A DNA stretch of 64,000 nt from Dimorphilus gyrociliatus (lineage: Eukaryota > Animalia > Annelida). Shown here in pieces: positions 11,801-22,762 of the stretch (its first letter is position 1; every line of letters starts with the position of its first letter). The notes beneath the pieces are model-generated. The model searched no databases. It had not been told where the DNA came from and saw nothing but the letters and a program-made list of their open reading frames with translations. Where the stretch lies: NCBI GenBank assembly GCA_904063045.1, contig CAJFCJ010000002.1, positions 1 through 64,000 on the forward strand, in the 5' to 3' direction. Position numbers and translations under genes: made by a program.

Positions 11801-14800
11801 TAAAAATTTTTACTATCTCTTTCCAGATTATTTGATCTATTAATTGATTATTTCTTTATTATTCCACTATTTATATTCGTCATTTGTATTGTTGACTACA
11901 TAAATTATCTTACATCCCTTTAACGTTGTGTCAATTAACCAATAATAAAAAATGATACACTCATCTGTCTAAATACATAATTTGATAATGACTTACGCCC
12001 AAATCGTCAAGTAATGTAAATATTTTCCAATCTCTCTCTCTCTCTCTCTCTCTTTCTCTTTCTCTTCGTCTCTATCTTAGTAGGGATTATTTTAGTATTA
12101 ACTTTAGTTGACAGTCTTAATGGGGTTATAAGCAAATAAACTTTAGACTAGCATCTGCTCAACAAATAAAAAACGAGGAAAGAATATTAGAAATAAAAGT
12201 ACGTTTCAATCATTTCTTCTTCCAACAGAAAAGCTAAGAGAATATCCCGGAAAAATCGACAGATCTATAGTTTGCCTCTATCTATATGCTAATAATATTT
12301 AAATCTCGAACATATTTTTAAATCCACCTTTTCTTTTTTGTCTCTTCTAATCCTTTTTTACGAAATTACATAGAGATCTTTGCAAATAGGTATAACCTTC
12401 CGATATTCATATGGGATATTGCTTATAATGAGTATGAATAATTATTTAATCGATTATTGTCATAATATTGATATGAGTTGAATATACGACCTGCTTTATT
12501 GATTTTATATTGTTAGAATAGATCAATCTTTCATTAGTTGAAAGAATATCTTCAAAGGTAAAGAGAATATAAAAAAAAAACTTTCAATTTTGTCTGCAAG
12601 AAGTTGATATACATATTCCTTTTTCTATAATGTAATGAGAGAGAAAGAGAGAGAGATCATCATAAAAGATATACATTTTTAGGAATATTACACTAAAGGA
12701 ACATTTGAAACTTTGCAGGATTACTATATGATTTAACAAAACAAATAACAGATATTCTTTTGTATAATTGCGGTAAGAATTTTTAAGATAATTTACATAA
12801 TAACATACTGCAAAATACTGTAAAAATGAAATATTTTAGCATAAATACTAAAACATTTAAGAATATTTAAATATAATGAATTGTATTAATAATTAATAAG
12901 CTCTTTTTATTTTCTTATATATCACGATATTCTTAGATTAGAAAGAGGATATCTTTAACTTTTATTTATTTTTCTTCTATTCACCAAGGGTTTTGAAATA
13001 AAAAAGGATTATTATTATTATTTATTAAAAGAGATATTTCTTTCTCTTTTCTCCCCACACCCCCACTCCTTACCCTTCATTATCATTCTTAAATAAAGAA
13101 TTAATACATAAGAATATCTTTCACCATAAATTTTATATTCATTTTTTGCTTTTATTGTTTGCTTACGTTCTTCTTTTTTTTAAAAAAAAAAACATAGTAC
13201 TGCATTTTTATAACAGAAAAAACAGACATTTAAATCTTTTGTGGAGTTGAATAATTTAAATTTATTTCGCAGTTCGATAGTATGGAATTTAAACAATTTT
13301 TAACAAAACATAATATATGTATTGACACTGACACCCCCACGTTGTAGAAGAAATAAAATATAAAATATCTAAAAAATGCTTTTCTTTATAATATCTAACA
13401 AATTTTCGAATTATCGGTTATCGAACTTGAAAACAGAATGAATATTGTTAAGCCCCACAATTCTCAATATACAGTATATATATATATATATATATATGTA
13501 TTTTCATATACAAATATAGATTTTATTTTAAGGGAGGCGTTACTTTATACCTTTTGTTCACTGTCATAAACAAATGATTCATATTTTTTTTATTAAAAAA
13601 CCACATTTAAAATGTCAAAATTGTAAGCTAATATTAGCTAAATTATGCTGTATTTCTAAGAATTGAAATTTAATATTTGAATGGAAAATATGTAATTAAA
13701 AAATATTTTAAGAAATATTCCAAAATATTCTTTTTAATTTATCAATTTTGTAAAAATTCCTATAAGCAAATAAGAAAGATGTTTAAATTTAAGTCGAGTT
13801 TGGATTAGTATATAAAAAGAATTCAAATATGTATTCAATACTTTAAATATTGAAACTTTTCAACTTGACTGACTTGGCTATCTAGTATTCTAAAATTCTT
13901 TTAGAATGACCTTAACCATATCTTATTCCCTCACATTTATGACATTGACTTTTTTAAGAAGACTATGAAATGAAACAGGTTAGTTATTAATACGAATCCA
14001 AGTTTCGTTTTTTTGAAACGTATTTTTACTATTTTCGATTTGTTGTTGTTGTTATTGCCCTCGTCCTAATTTCTATCATTACTAGGCCTATTTTGGCAAG
14101 TAAATAGGTGTAAATATTTCAGGATCAAAACGATATACTATAATATAGTTTTAATAGAATATTATAATCATTGTGTTAGCTGTTGAAACGAACTTGGCAT
14201 TCGCAAAAAAAAGATAAAAATAATAGAATTCCCTTAAAACGAAATGAAATGCACAAGATATTTTGGATTTCTTTTTTATTTGAGCAGGCTATTTTCTCAC
14301 TCCCCTTTTCCCTTTCTCTTCTTACAGCTTTCTTTGTATTACACTTTCTCTCTTAAGTACACAAATACGCGAAAGACACCCACACACTCACACATACACA
14401 CACATTCTATACTTATATATATTTAACACAGCCTATCTTTGCCTAGATATTATTCCCCCTATTCTATTTTTTTCTATCTATCTTTTTACGCCTTCAATCG
14501 TTCTAAATTCGGTTATAAATTACGTCACACCAACGCTCATAAAAAAAAGAGCATATGAAATTGGATAGATATTTTTAGAGTAAAAATTGTAGTATTCTTT
14601 TTTGAGATGGCAATCGATAAAATATGAAATCTATAAAAAAAAAATGCCTTATATACTGTTTCCGCTAGATTTGTCGAAAATATACATAGATTATGGATAA
14701 AAGTTCGTGGTTCTCTAGCTTGAAAGAGCACGCTTAAGTATTTATACGTTATTCCATATTGACGATATATTAATTCGAGTAATATCCTAAATGGACGATT

Positions 14801-15538
14801 TAGTATAGAAAGAAAGATGTAAAAAAGGAAAATGAAATGAGCAAAAGAGATTCCAAGTTAGCTTTCCCTCTTTTTTTTTGTATGTGTTCGAAATCTAATC
14901 AACAATCCATCTAGTTTATCAGAATAAGTTAATGAGTTAGATGAGTGCGAATCGAGAATAGATTTCGTAGAATTTGATAAATCTATGACAAAAGGGTAAA
15001 TACCCTGAAATATAAATGATAAATTCATTACAGGTGTCACATGGTGTCTATTAGAAACAGTCCCACGTGACAGCGTTCAATAAAACTGAACTTTTTTTGT
15101 TCGCAGCTCAGAAAGAGCTAAAAATTCGTAGATGGACGATCCTATATGTAAAACTTGATTATCCTTTTTATAATTTATATTAACGTACTCTCAGCAACTT
15201 TCGTTGTCAAGGTAATAATATTTTTATTAACATTATTAGATACGTTTGTTTACTCTGTCATATTTTTATAAAAGAAATTAATTGTACGTTTATCCAGGTT
15301 CCCCTTCTCAATAAATTCGATAATATATAATATAATCTCAATAGGTTATATTCCTTTCAATAGATATATTATGTCATGTTTTATTTTCTCTCTCGTCAAA
15401 TGTTTACCCATGCAAACATTTTCAGAGTGCAAAAGTTTTAATATTACCTCTCTTTTGTTTTTATAATTTTTAATTAATAAAAACAACCTAGATTTTATAG
15501 AATTTCATTATTTCATTAAGAAAGTTTTACTTTCCTTA

Positions 15539-15577
<39 letters not shown>

Positions 15578-16181
15578 ATCTCTTTCTTTCTAACTACTTA
15601 TCCTGCTCTATTTATTTCTCAGTTTGTAACTTTGCCTTTCAAATGATATTAAATTATTGAAAAGTATTTAAATAAGAAAGGAATTTAGAAAGATGAATGA
15701 AAATATCAATAAACTAAATAAAAGAGAAAAAATTAGTATTTTTTTTAATCTAAAATTTTAATACGAAATATATTAATTCGTGAAAAAATAAAGCGTCAAA
15801 TACTTTGATGGATTAATTTAAGATCATAAGCCTATTTCTGCAATACAAGGTCAACGCTCACTTAGTCGTTGACCAGAAATTTTTACTTTAGTATGGATAT
15901 TGTGAAATAAGTAGTTATTTTATTCTTTTCAATCTCAAATCGTTTTTGTAGTAGTGAAAAAGAATAAAGAAATAATAATAATCAAATTTAATCATTCATA
16001 AATATTTAAGTATTGCGCAATATTATGTTACTAATAGAGTTATAGAAACATACAATTCCGTAGAATAGTATCAAGTAGTCATTATACAATAAGTATATGG
16101 TTTACATGGCAACTGGGCAATGATCAATATTGTATTTACAGGGTGACTCTGGGACAAACTCTGCAAACTTCTGCGAGGGCC

Positions 16182-19100
16182 ATGTTTATTCAATACTTAC
16201 GTCTATTTGTTTTGACTGCTATCTTGCAATACGTCAGCTGCAATGATGAATGTCCAGTTACAGAGGAGAATTGTCGATGTATTCCAAAATTTTCTGGAAC
16301 TAACTACACATTTTGGATTGAATGCGAAAGGTTAGGCGTAATTAACAGCGTTCCTGAATTTAAGCAATACTCAAGGCCTGTTCAAGTTTTACAAATTAGA
16401 AATTCGAATATAAATCGTATAAACAGCGATGCATTTAAAGGTTTAAATATTGAAATATTAAAATTGTTCTCATTGGGTATACAGCAACTTGATGAAAATT
16501 CATTTAGAGGATTAGAAAGTTCATTAAAGGAGCTTTACCTTGATAACAATAAAATATCCGATATTCCAGTAGGATGTCTTCAAAAGCTCACCAATTTGGA
16601 ATATATCGGTCTTGATGGAAATAGTTTACTGTATTTCATGGAAGATATTTTCCATAATTTAAAAAAGATCGTTCAAATAAATCTCTTTAATAATCGGCTG
16701 ATTATGTTACCTGATGGCGCTTTTACAGACTTACAAAATCTACAACTTCTATTAATATACAATAACGATTTGATTGAATTGCAATCGGATTTATTCAAAA
16801 ATCAAAAAAATTTAATCAATTTAGACGTCCATAGTAATAAAATAACGGAACTATATGAAACGACTTTCAGTAGTTTAGTTCGATTGGAACGATTGGACGT
16901 CTCTAATAATAAAATAAAATCAATAAAAACTGGTACATTAAAGAATTTACGTAGTTTAAAATTCTTGAATGCTGCTAGTAATCGAATTACAACTCTACCA
17001 TCGGAAGGTTTCTATTTTAATCCAAACTTAGAAGATATAGATTTAAATAACAATTTTATTCAATCAATTCCTGACGACTGTTTTATTGAACAAACGGATT
17101 TAAAACGATTAAAACTTGGAAATAATAATATTGGTTCTATGAAAAAGAATATTTTCACTGGTCTAATCAATTTAGAAATATTAACTCTATATAACAATTC
17201 TATAAAAACAATACATCCTGAGACTTTTCGCGATAATAGAAACTTACAAATACTGAGAATACAGGATAATAAAATTACTGAATTGGATAAAAGGATATTT
17301 GAAAAGAATTCCAAATTAATATCATTGGATCTATCGAATAATAACGTTCAATTAAATCATATGGAAACCTTCCATTCAATGAAAACTTTACTAACTCTTA
17401 AACTTGGAAATAATCGAATTGAACGTATTCCATCAGGAGTATTTCGTCCACTTACGTACTTATCTTATATGTATCTAAATGATAACAATATAAAGAATGT
17501 GAAAAGTGAAGATTTTTCAACATTGCAGAATTTAACCTCTTTGGATTTAAGTTCAAATTCTATTAATTCTATTGCTGATAATTCTTTTAGGAATTTAAAA
17601 AAGCTTTCCAGTCTGAATTTATCTTTTAACAAAATTCAAAAAATTTCCAGAAAATGGTTTGTCGATATTCATAGACTTATAAATCTATATTTACATAACA
17701 ACGAGATACAAATATTGGGGAACAGCGACTTTCAAGACTTGAATGATCTGGAGGAGTTGACTTTACATAATAACCAACTTATCTCTCTTACATCCCTATC
17801 TTTATCGCCTCTACCATCCGTTAAGATATTAAGTTTATCTGGAAATTATATCAAATCTATCAGGAAAGGAACTTTTGATAGTTTAAAAAGACTAAGAAAG
17901 TTAGATCTTTCACTCAATAAAATTAAAACTATTGATGAAGAAGTTTTCTCCAGAAAGATTAGAAATCTTCAAGAAATTAATTTAAGAGATAACGATTTAC
18001 AAACAATTCCAAAAAGTATTGGAGAATTATCATTAATTCAACCCGGTTTATTAAAATTGGAAGGTAATCCTTTGAATTGCTCTTGCGATATTATTTTCCT
18101 CAGGGGTTCAACTATGCCGAGTCGTAATAGTACTTGTATGGATAGACAAGGCAAAAGGGGCTATTACGTTATTTGTATGCCTGATTTTGGCTGCCAGAGT
18201 GGATATAGTATTCCAAAGTCTCAAGAAGAATATTGCAACAAATATGTACCTTATATTCCGTTATTTACAACTTTACAACCACTAACTACAGAAGCGACAT
18301 CTATTGCTACAACTGAAATTATAACAACTACGGAGAGTACAGCTGCCGACGTAGCATCGACCGTCACCTCTAGGCAGAGTTCAACAACTTTGGCAGAAAT
18401 ATCAACTGCCACGTCTGTGCAAACAAAGCAGAAGACTACAAAAATGCCTACCATGATGAAAGCGACATCTACAGCAACGAGTAAGCTTACTTCCACTGAC
18501 CCAACTACTGCGCCACCTACCTCCTTCAAAACGACTCAAGCAGTGGAGACATCTACAGCCATTCCAACAACCACCACTACCCGCCTAACGACGAAGACAA
18601 CTCGAAAAGTGGAGACATCTACAGCCATTCCAATAACCACCACTGTCCGTATCACGACTCAGACAAACCGAGAAGTGGAGACATCTACAGCTATTCCAAC
18701 AACCACCGTCCATCCTACTCAAGCACGGGAGACGTCTACCACCGTTCCAACGACTGTCCATCCAACAACTAAACCAGTTGTTGAGACAACCACTGCCAGT
18801 TGGACAACTCTCCCGCCTACAACTTTTTCAGGCACTAAACTGAATAAGCATAGCACAACCATGCAAAATGACGTCTCATCAATGAATATATTAACAAAGG
18901 CGGAGACCTCAGTCAAGACTAAATTTTCAGCAATAACTTCAAAAAGTACAAAAACCCCTTCAACTATTATCACGCATAGCGTAACTAAAAATAACTTGGA
19001 CGAGACGGATACCACAATGATGACGTCTAAAAGAATCACGAAAAGTGCTAATGTTGATACAACAAAATTTAATAGAATTAGTCAAGAAACCTACGCTGAT

Positions 19101-19586
19101 TTATCAACAGTAGATTATACTACACAAACGTTTACCCCCAAAATAAAAGTTACAACTGAAGATCCCACAAACAAAAACGAAGAAATCAAAACAACACGAT
19201 CACCTACTAAAAACAATCACTTACAAACAGAACAAACCGCTATAAATGAGATGACCACACTAGCAACAGAACCACCCGCAGGAGAGAGAATTTCAAAGAG
19301 TTCACTCTCAAAAACAGTTATTATAACTATAATTGTATGTTCAGTTGTTGCCGTAATACTTATCTTCCTCGCTCTCCTTATATGTGTTGTCCTAAAGGCA
19401 AGAAGGAAAATTACAACTGAAAAAGAAACATCCGATAAGTCAACTGTAAATCTAACGGAATCTCCACCATTTCTAGACACGATTGAAGATGGAAATTTAA
19501 AGAATTTCGACGATTTTACAAATAGTTTATCTGTTCAATCGGAAGTTGTTACCAACGATGTTATATACGTTGAACCATTTGGGTAG
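16182..19586 (+). CDS. Type I membrane LRR protein: signal peptide, LRRNT, 20+ LRRs, LRRCT, Thr-rich mucin stalk, TM, short tail
   Basis: Uninterrupted ORF. The real ATG is probably 16182 (MFIQYLRLFV signal peptide), downstream of a splice acceptor tttacag at 16141. Repeated LxxLxLxxNxI units, the LRRCT motif NPLNCSCD, and TM segment VIITIIVCSVVAVILIFLALLICVVL. No TIR domain. Confidence 0.92.
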   Translation: MFIQYLRLFVLTAILQYVSCNDECPVTEENCRCIPKFSGTNYTFWIECERLGVINSVPEFKQYSRPVQVLQIRNSNINRINSDAFKGLNIEILKLFSLGIQQLDENSFRGLESSLKELYLDNNKISDIPVGCLQKLTNLEYIGLDGNSLLYFMEDIFHNLKKIVQINLFNNRLIMLPDGAFTDLQNLQLLLIYNNDLIELQSDLFKNQKNLINLDVHSNKITELYETTFSSLVRLERLDVSNNKIKSIKTGTLKNLRSLKFLNAASNRITTLPSEGFYFNPNLEDIDLNNNFIQSIPDDCFIEQTDLKRLKLGNNNIGSMKKNIFTGLINLEILTLYNNSIKTIHPETFRDNRNLQILRIQDNKITELDKRIFEKNSKLISLDLSNNNVQLNHMETFHSMKTLLTLKLGNNRIERIPSGVFRPLTYLSYMYLNDNNIKNVKSEDFSTLQNLTSLDLSSNSINSIADNSFRNLKKLSSLNLSFNKIQKISRKWFVDIHRLINLYLHNNEIQILGNSDFQDLNDLEELTLHNNQLISLTSLSLSPLPSVKILSLSGNYIKSIRKGTFDSLKRLRKLDLSLNKIKTIDEEVFSRKIRNLQEINLRDNDLQTIPKSIGELSLIQPGLLKLEGNPLNCSCDIIFLRGSTMPSRNSTCMDRQGKRGYYVICMPDFGCQSGYSIPKSQEEYCNKYVPYIPLFTTLQPLTTEATSIATTEIITTTESTAADVASTVTSRQSSTTLAEISTATSVQTKQKTTKMPTMMKATSTATSKLTSTDPTTAPPTSFKTTQAVETSTAIPTTTTTRLTTKTTRKVETSTAIPITTTVRITTQTNREVETSTAIPTTTVHPTQARETSTTVPTTVHPTTKPVVETTTASWTTLPPTTFSGTKLNKHSTTMQNDVSSMNILTKAETSVKTKFSAITSKSTKTPSTIITHSVTKNNLDETDTTMMTSKRITKSANVDTTKFNRISQETYADLSTVDYTTQTFTPKIKVTTEDPTNKNEEIKTTRSPTKNNHLQTEQTAINEMTTLATEPPAGERISKSSLSKTVIITIIVCSVVAVILIFLALLICVVLKARRKITTEKETSDKSTVNLTESPPFLDTIEDGNLKNFDDFTNSLSVQSEVVTNDVIYVEPFG
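18543..18760 (+). repeat. Coding minisatellite (66-bp, 22-aa period) in the mucin stalk
   Basis: GTGGAGACATCTACAGC(C/T)ATTCCAA starts at 18543, 18609 and 18675 (VETSTAIP), with a degenerate fourth copy near 18729. Confidence 0.9.
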
Positions 19587-20158
19587 ACGCAAACTACATC
19601 TACCCGTTTTCTTATTAATCGATTAAAATGCATTTTCTTTTTGTTTTCAACTTATTAATATAGTATTTGTTAACTAGTTTTTTTTTTTTGACGATTTATA
19701 AATACATTTTATAAGAAAAGAGTAACGAGAATTTATTTTCCAAAGTTTTACGAGTTCAATGTCATTTGGGAGGGAAGAGAAAAAAGAACAAAAACAAATT
19801 TACGAATATTTAAATCCTTATCTCCTTATTTGGTAATGGTTTCATTGATGTTATATATATATATATATAAACATATTAATATCTTATTGTTAAATCGTTT
19901 CTACTATAAAATATTCCCCTTAACCCTTTTTAATATATAATGTATGTCCATTAACAAGACCATAATCTCATAGGCAAGTAATTATGAGACCTAATTTCAA
20001 TTACAACTTTGGTTTTCTTTTGGAATTTTTTAAAATTCCACTGTAAGCGTAATAAAAAGTAAGTTGAAATATTATTTATAAAAATAGATAGAATAAATTT
20101 CTATGACAGATAAGGAAAAAAAAGGCTCAACTTAGCCTAACGGATGTGGCCTAAACTG

Positions 20159-20166
20159 TATAAAAG
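20159..20166 (+). promoter_or_regulatory. TATA box of the IL-17-like gene
   Basis: TATAAAAG about 60 nt upstream of the ATG at 20220. Confidence 0.5.
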
Positions 20167-20219
20167 TGTCAATCTCTTTTATTCAAACTTAAAATTTAAC
20201 TTACTGCGACCGAGTCAAA

Positions 20220-20885
20220 ATGAAAATTTCTTTAATTTTGTCCCTACAACTTTATTCTCTTTTCTCTAATTTATCTATAGAGGATGGTCAACATGTCTCA
20301 ACTTCAATAAATAAAACTATGGAAGAAAATGACAAAAGTTCCAAATCTTTATTCAGGAAAAGGAGATCTAGCTATAATTGCTTAGCGATAAATCCCCCGG
20401 ATTTAAGTGAAAGATTAAATTCAATTCGAAAAAATACCAAAGACCAAATAATTGGGATTGACGACGAAGCTGAGAGTTTTGGGTTCGATTACGCAAGACT
20501 TGTTAAAGGTAAAGAGCAAACGCAGTGCCCAGAAAGTCTTGAAGCCTTACGAAAGGAGGTGGGAAATAGAACGGAGGACGTCGTCTCGTGCCCATCTTAT
20601 ACTGTTCTTAACTTTGACAATGATAGGTTTCCAAGAACAATTACAGAAAAAAAATGCAGATGCAGTAGCAACTGCGAATCAATGCATCCTAAAAAATTAT
20701 GCTCCTGCCTTACTGATTTAGCGATTGCACCTACTAACAGTTCACCATTGTCAACGTGCAAACCATATCTAATCAAGAGAATATTCTTGGTAAAAAACGG
20801 GGAATGCCAAAACGGATACGCCAAATATGTACCACAATTTAGAAAAGTTCAAGTTTCTTGTTCTTGCCAGTCTCTAATTAATTAA
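20220..20885 (+). CDS. IL17: Interleukin-17 family cystine-knot cytokine, single exon, 221 aa
   Basis: Signal peptide, then CP..., CPSY..NFDNDRFPRTITEKKCRC..NC, CKPY...FLV...C and terminal VQVSCSC. This is the invertebrate IL-17 cysteine and D.NR.P pattern. Confidence 0.85.
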   Translation: MKISLILSLQLYSLFSNLSIEDGQHVSTSINKTMEENDKSSKSLFRKRRSSYNCLAINPPDLSERLNSIRKNTKDQIIGIDDEAESFGFDYARLVKGKEQTQCPESLEALRKEVGNRTEDVVSCPSYTVLNFDNDRFPRTITEKKCRCSSNCESMHPKKLCSCLTDLAIAPTNSSPLSTCKPYLIKRIFLVKNGECQNGYAKYVPQFRKVQVSCSCQSLIN

Positions 20886-22057
20886 TTAATTAATTATATT
20901 TATTTTTGATTGAAAGCTATGTCCAATTTAATAAATATACTTGTATGATTAATGGTGTAAATACAGATTTTTTGATAAAAAAGAGAAGTTTTAAAAGTTA
21001 AAGTAAAAAAAAGAAAATGACTAAATTGTAAACGAAAAGTTAAATTGTTAATATAACTTTTAAATAACCAGTATTTCCAATATTTTATAACAAAAAGCAT
21101 ATTTTTCACTTATAATATTTAAATATATTAGTAAAATGTATATTTATGGTTTGTTAATTTGAATTGAAAAACCATATACATTCCCTTTGTAAAATACCAC
21201 AAATTTTCCATTTAATCTATTTATATAGATTACCTATGGGAGATGGTTCTTGTAATGTCATAATTCGGTATATTAAGCAATCTGTTCTATACTAAATACA
21301 TACAATAATATTTTTTGTATGAATAAAAGCAATAAAAGAGAGCTATAAACATTCTATTAGAAAAAGTTTTTTTTTTAAAATAAAACATCATTATTGTTGG
21401 ATTTTACACACTTTTTATAAGCTCTTGAGATATTCTTGTTTTCGTTATTATTTTGGTATTTCTGATAGTCAAAAATAAAAAATACCTTATTTTTCATATA
21501 ACCTACTTTTAGAAATATTTTTTTGCATTTTTCTTTTGTTTATAAGAATATAAATTATTAGTTATAAATGAGCGCAACGATAATCCATATAATAACAATG
21601 CGAATACAGGGAAAAAAACATAAAAATGAATATTTCAATGGGAAAAAGAGCGTCTTAAAGTTGTAGTACTGGTTGGATAATCCTTTCGTTTCCTTAAGCA
21701 AATGATATTTATTGAATATCGTGCTTAATTAAGCCTATAAAATAAAAATGAGCTTTCAATCTCCGTAAGTAAACTGATTGAATATAATAAAGCTTTAGCG
21801 TTTAATTATAAAACTGAGAGAGCTAAGTATCTCTGTTTAATAAATATCTACTGTATATAAGTGGCCTATCGAATGAGCATTGCAGCCGAACAATCAATCG
21901 GGAACATTGACGACAAGAACAATGGCATAAGATATCAACTGAATATAATATACCATATGGATCATTCTGTTTGCTGTACATGTTTTTTCTTTTCAGTCTT
22001 TAGTCTTCAAAAGTTGAAGAAAGACTAGTATGAAAGTTGGATAGTTGACGATAACAA

Positions 22058-22762
22058 ATGGATCTCTTTCTACCCTCAATCGGTTCGAAATTTCAGACTT
22101 TACAATCGCATAATTTGGATAAAAACGACAATGATATAAAGAAAGATGAAATTTCCCTTCCGTATAGTAATTTGTTAGAAGATTGGCTAAAAGCTTTACC
22201 TCCTACACCTTGTCAATCACTACCACCGGTGTTTCGTGATTTAATAAAAAATGAAAAAAAAAATACACAACGTTATCTAAGACGGAAGGAGAAAAATGAC
22301 GAGAACAAAGCCGGAACAAAATCCAGCTTATTTGCAAAAAAGAGAAAAAATTTACCAACAATTCGTGAGCAAAGCAGACAAACAAGACTATCTCATATAA
22401 ATGATTCACTTATAACAACCTGTATGAGCCCTAAGAAATCCGTTAGAGACGACAAGTGTACATCTTCCAAAATTGAGGATGCTAGTCGTTTTCGTGATAC
22501 ATACTTTCCCGACGATGCGTCAACTTCCGGGTCATCGTTGCCCGAATATTTATTTAGTGAGCAAATATTTAAAACAAAACCTTCGTTAGCCGATGGAAGA
22601 AGAACGGACCTATTAAAAATACGTCAACAAAGTACATTAAAAACAACCCTTTGTTCTTCGGTTGACTTTGAAAGTCTTAAAGACAATACCCTATACGTTA
22701 GTTCAGAAGAAGTGAATGTATTCGCTAAATGTCAAAATTGGTTAGACAATTATACTTCTTAA
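22058..22762 (+). CDS. Uncharacterised 234-aa basic, low-complexity protein, single coding exon
   Basis: 705-bp ORF in AT-rich DNA with a good ATG, preceded by a polypyrimidine/CAG acceptor near 21995. No domain recognised. Confidence 0.65.
   Translation: MDLFLPSIGSKFQTLQSHNLDKNDNDIKKDEISLPYSNLLEDWLKALPPTPCQSLPPVFRDLIKNEKKNTQRYLRRKEKNDENKAGTKSSLFAKKRKNLPTIREQSRQTRLSHINDSLITTCMSPKKSVRDDKCTSSKIEDASRFRDTYFPDDASTSGSSLPEYLFSEQIFKTKPSLADGRRTDLLKIRQQSTLKTTLCSSVDFESLKDNTLYVSSEEVNVFAKCQNWLDNYTS

Noticed and set aside
7775-15040. Short 60-85 aa ORFs in the gene desert
   Set aside because: They are low-complexity, AT-driven, mostly non-ATG starts, with no domain or splice support.
15849-15874. 8-bp hairpin GGTCAACG/CGTTGACC (and a similar 9-bp hairpin at 36925-36948)
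   Set aside because: Several stems of this length are expected by chance in 64 kb, and there is no other support.
17060-19480. Antisense ORFs inside the LRR gene, and similar shadow ORFs over IL-17, the sHSP, ERCC8, HMG20 and SLC22
   Set aside because: These are by-products of codon bias and Thr-rich repeats on the coding strand.
20886-20940. ATTTA pentamers in the IL-17 3' UTR as AU-rich decay elements
   Set aside because: Background AT content makes these uninformative.
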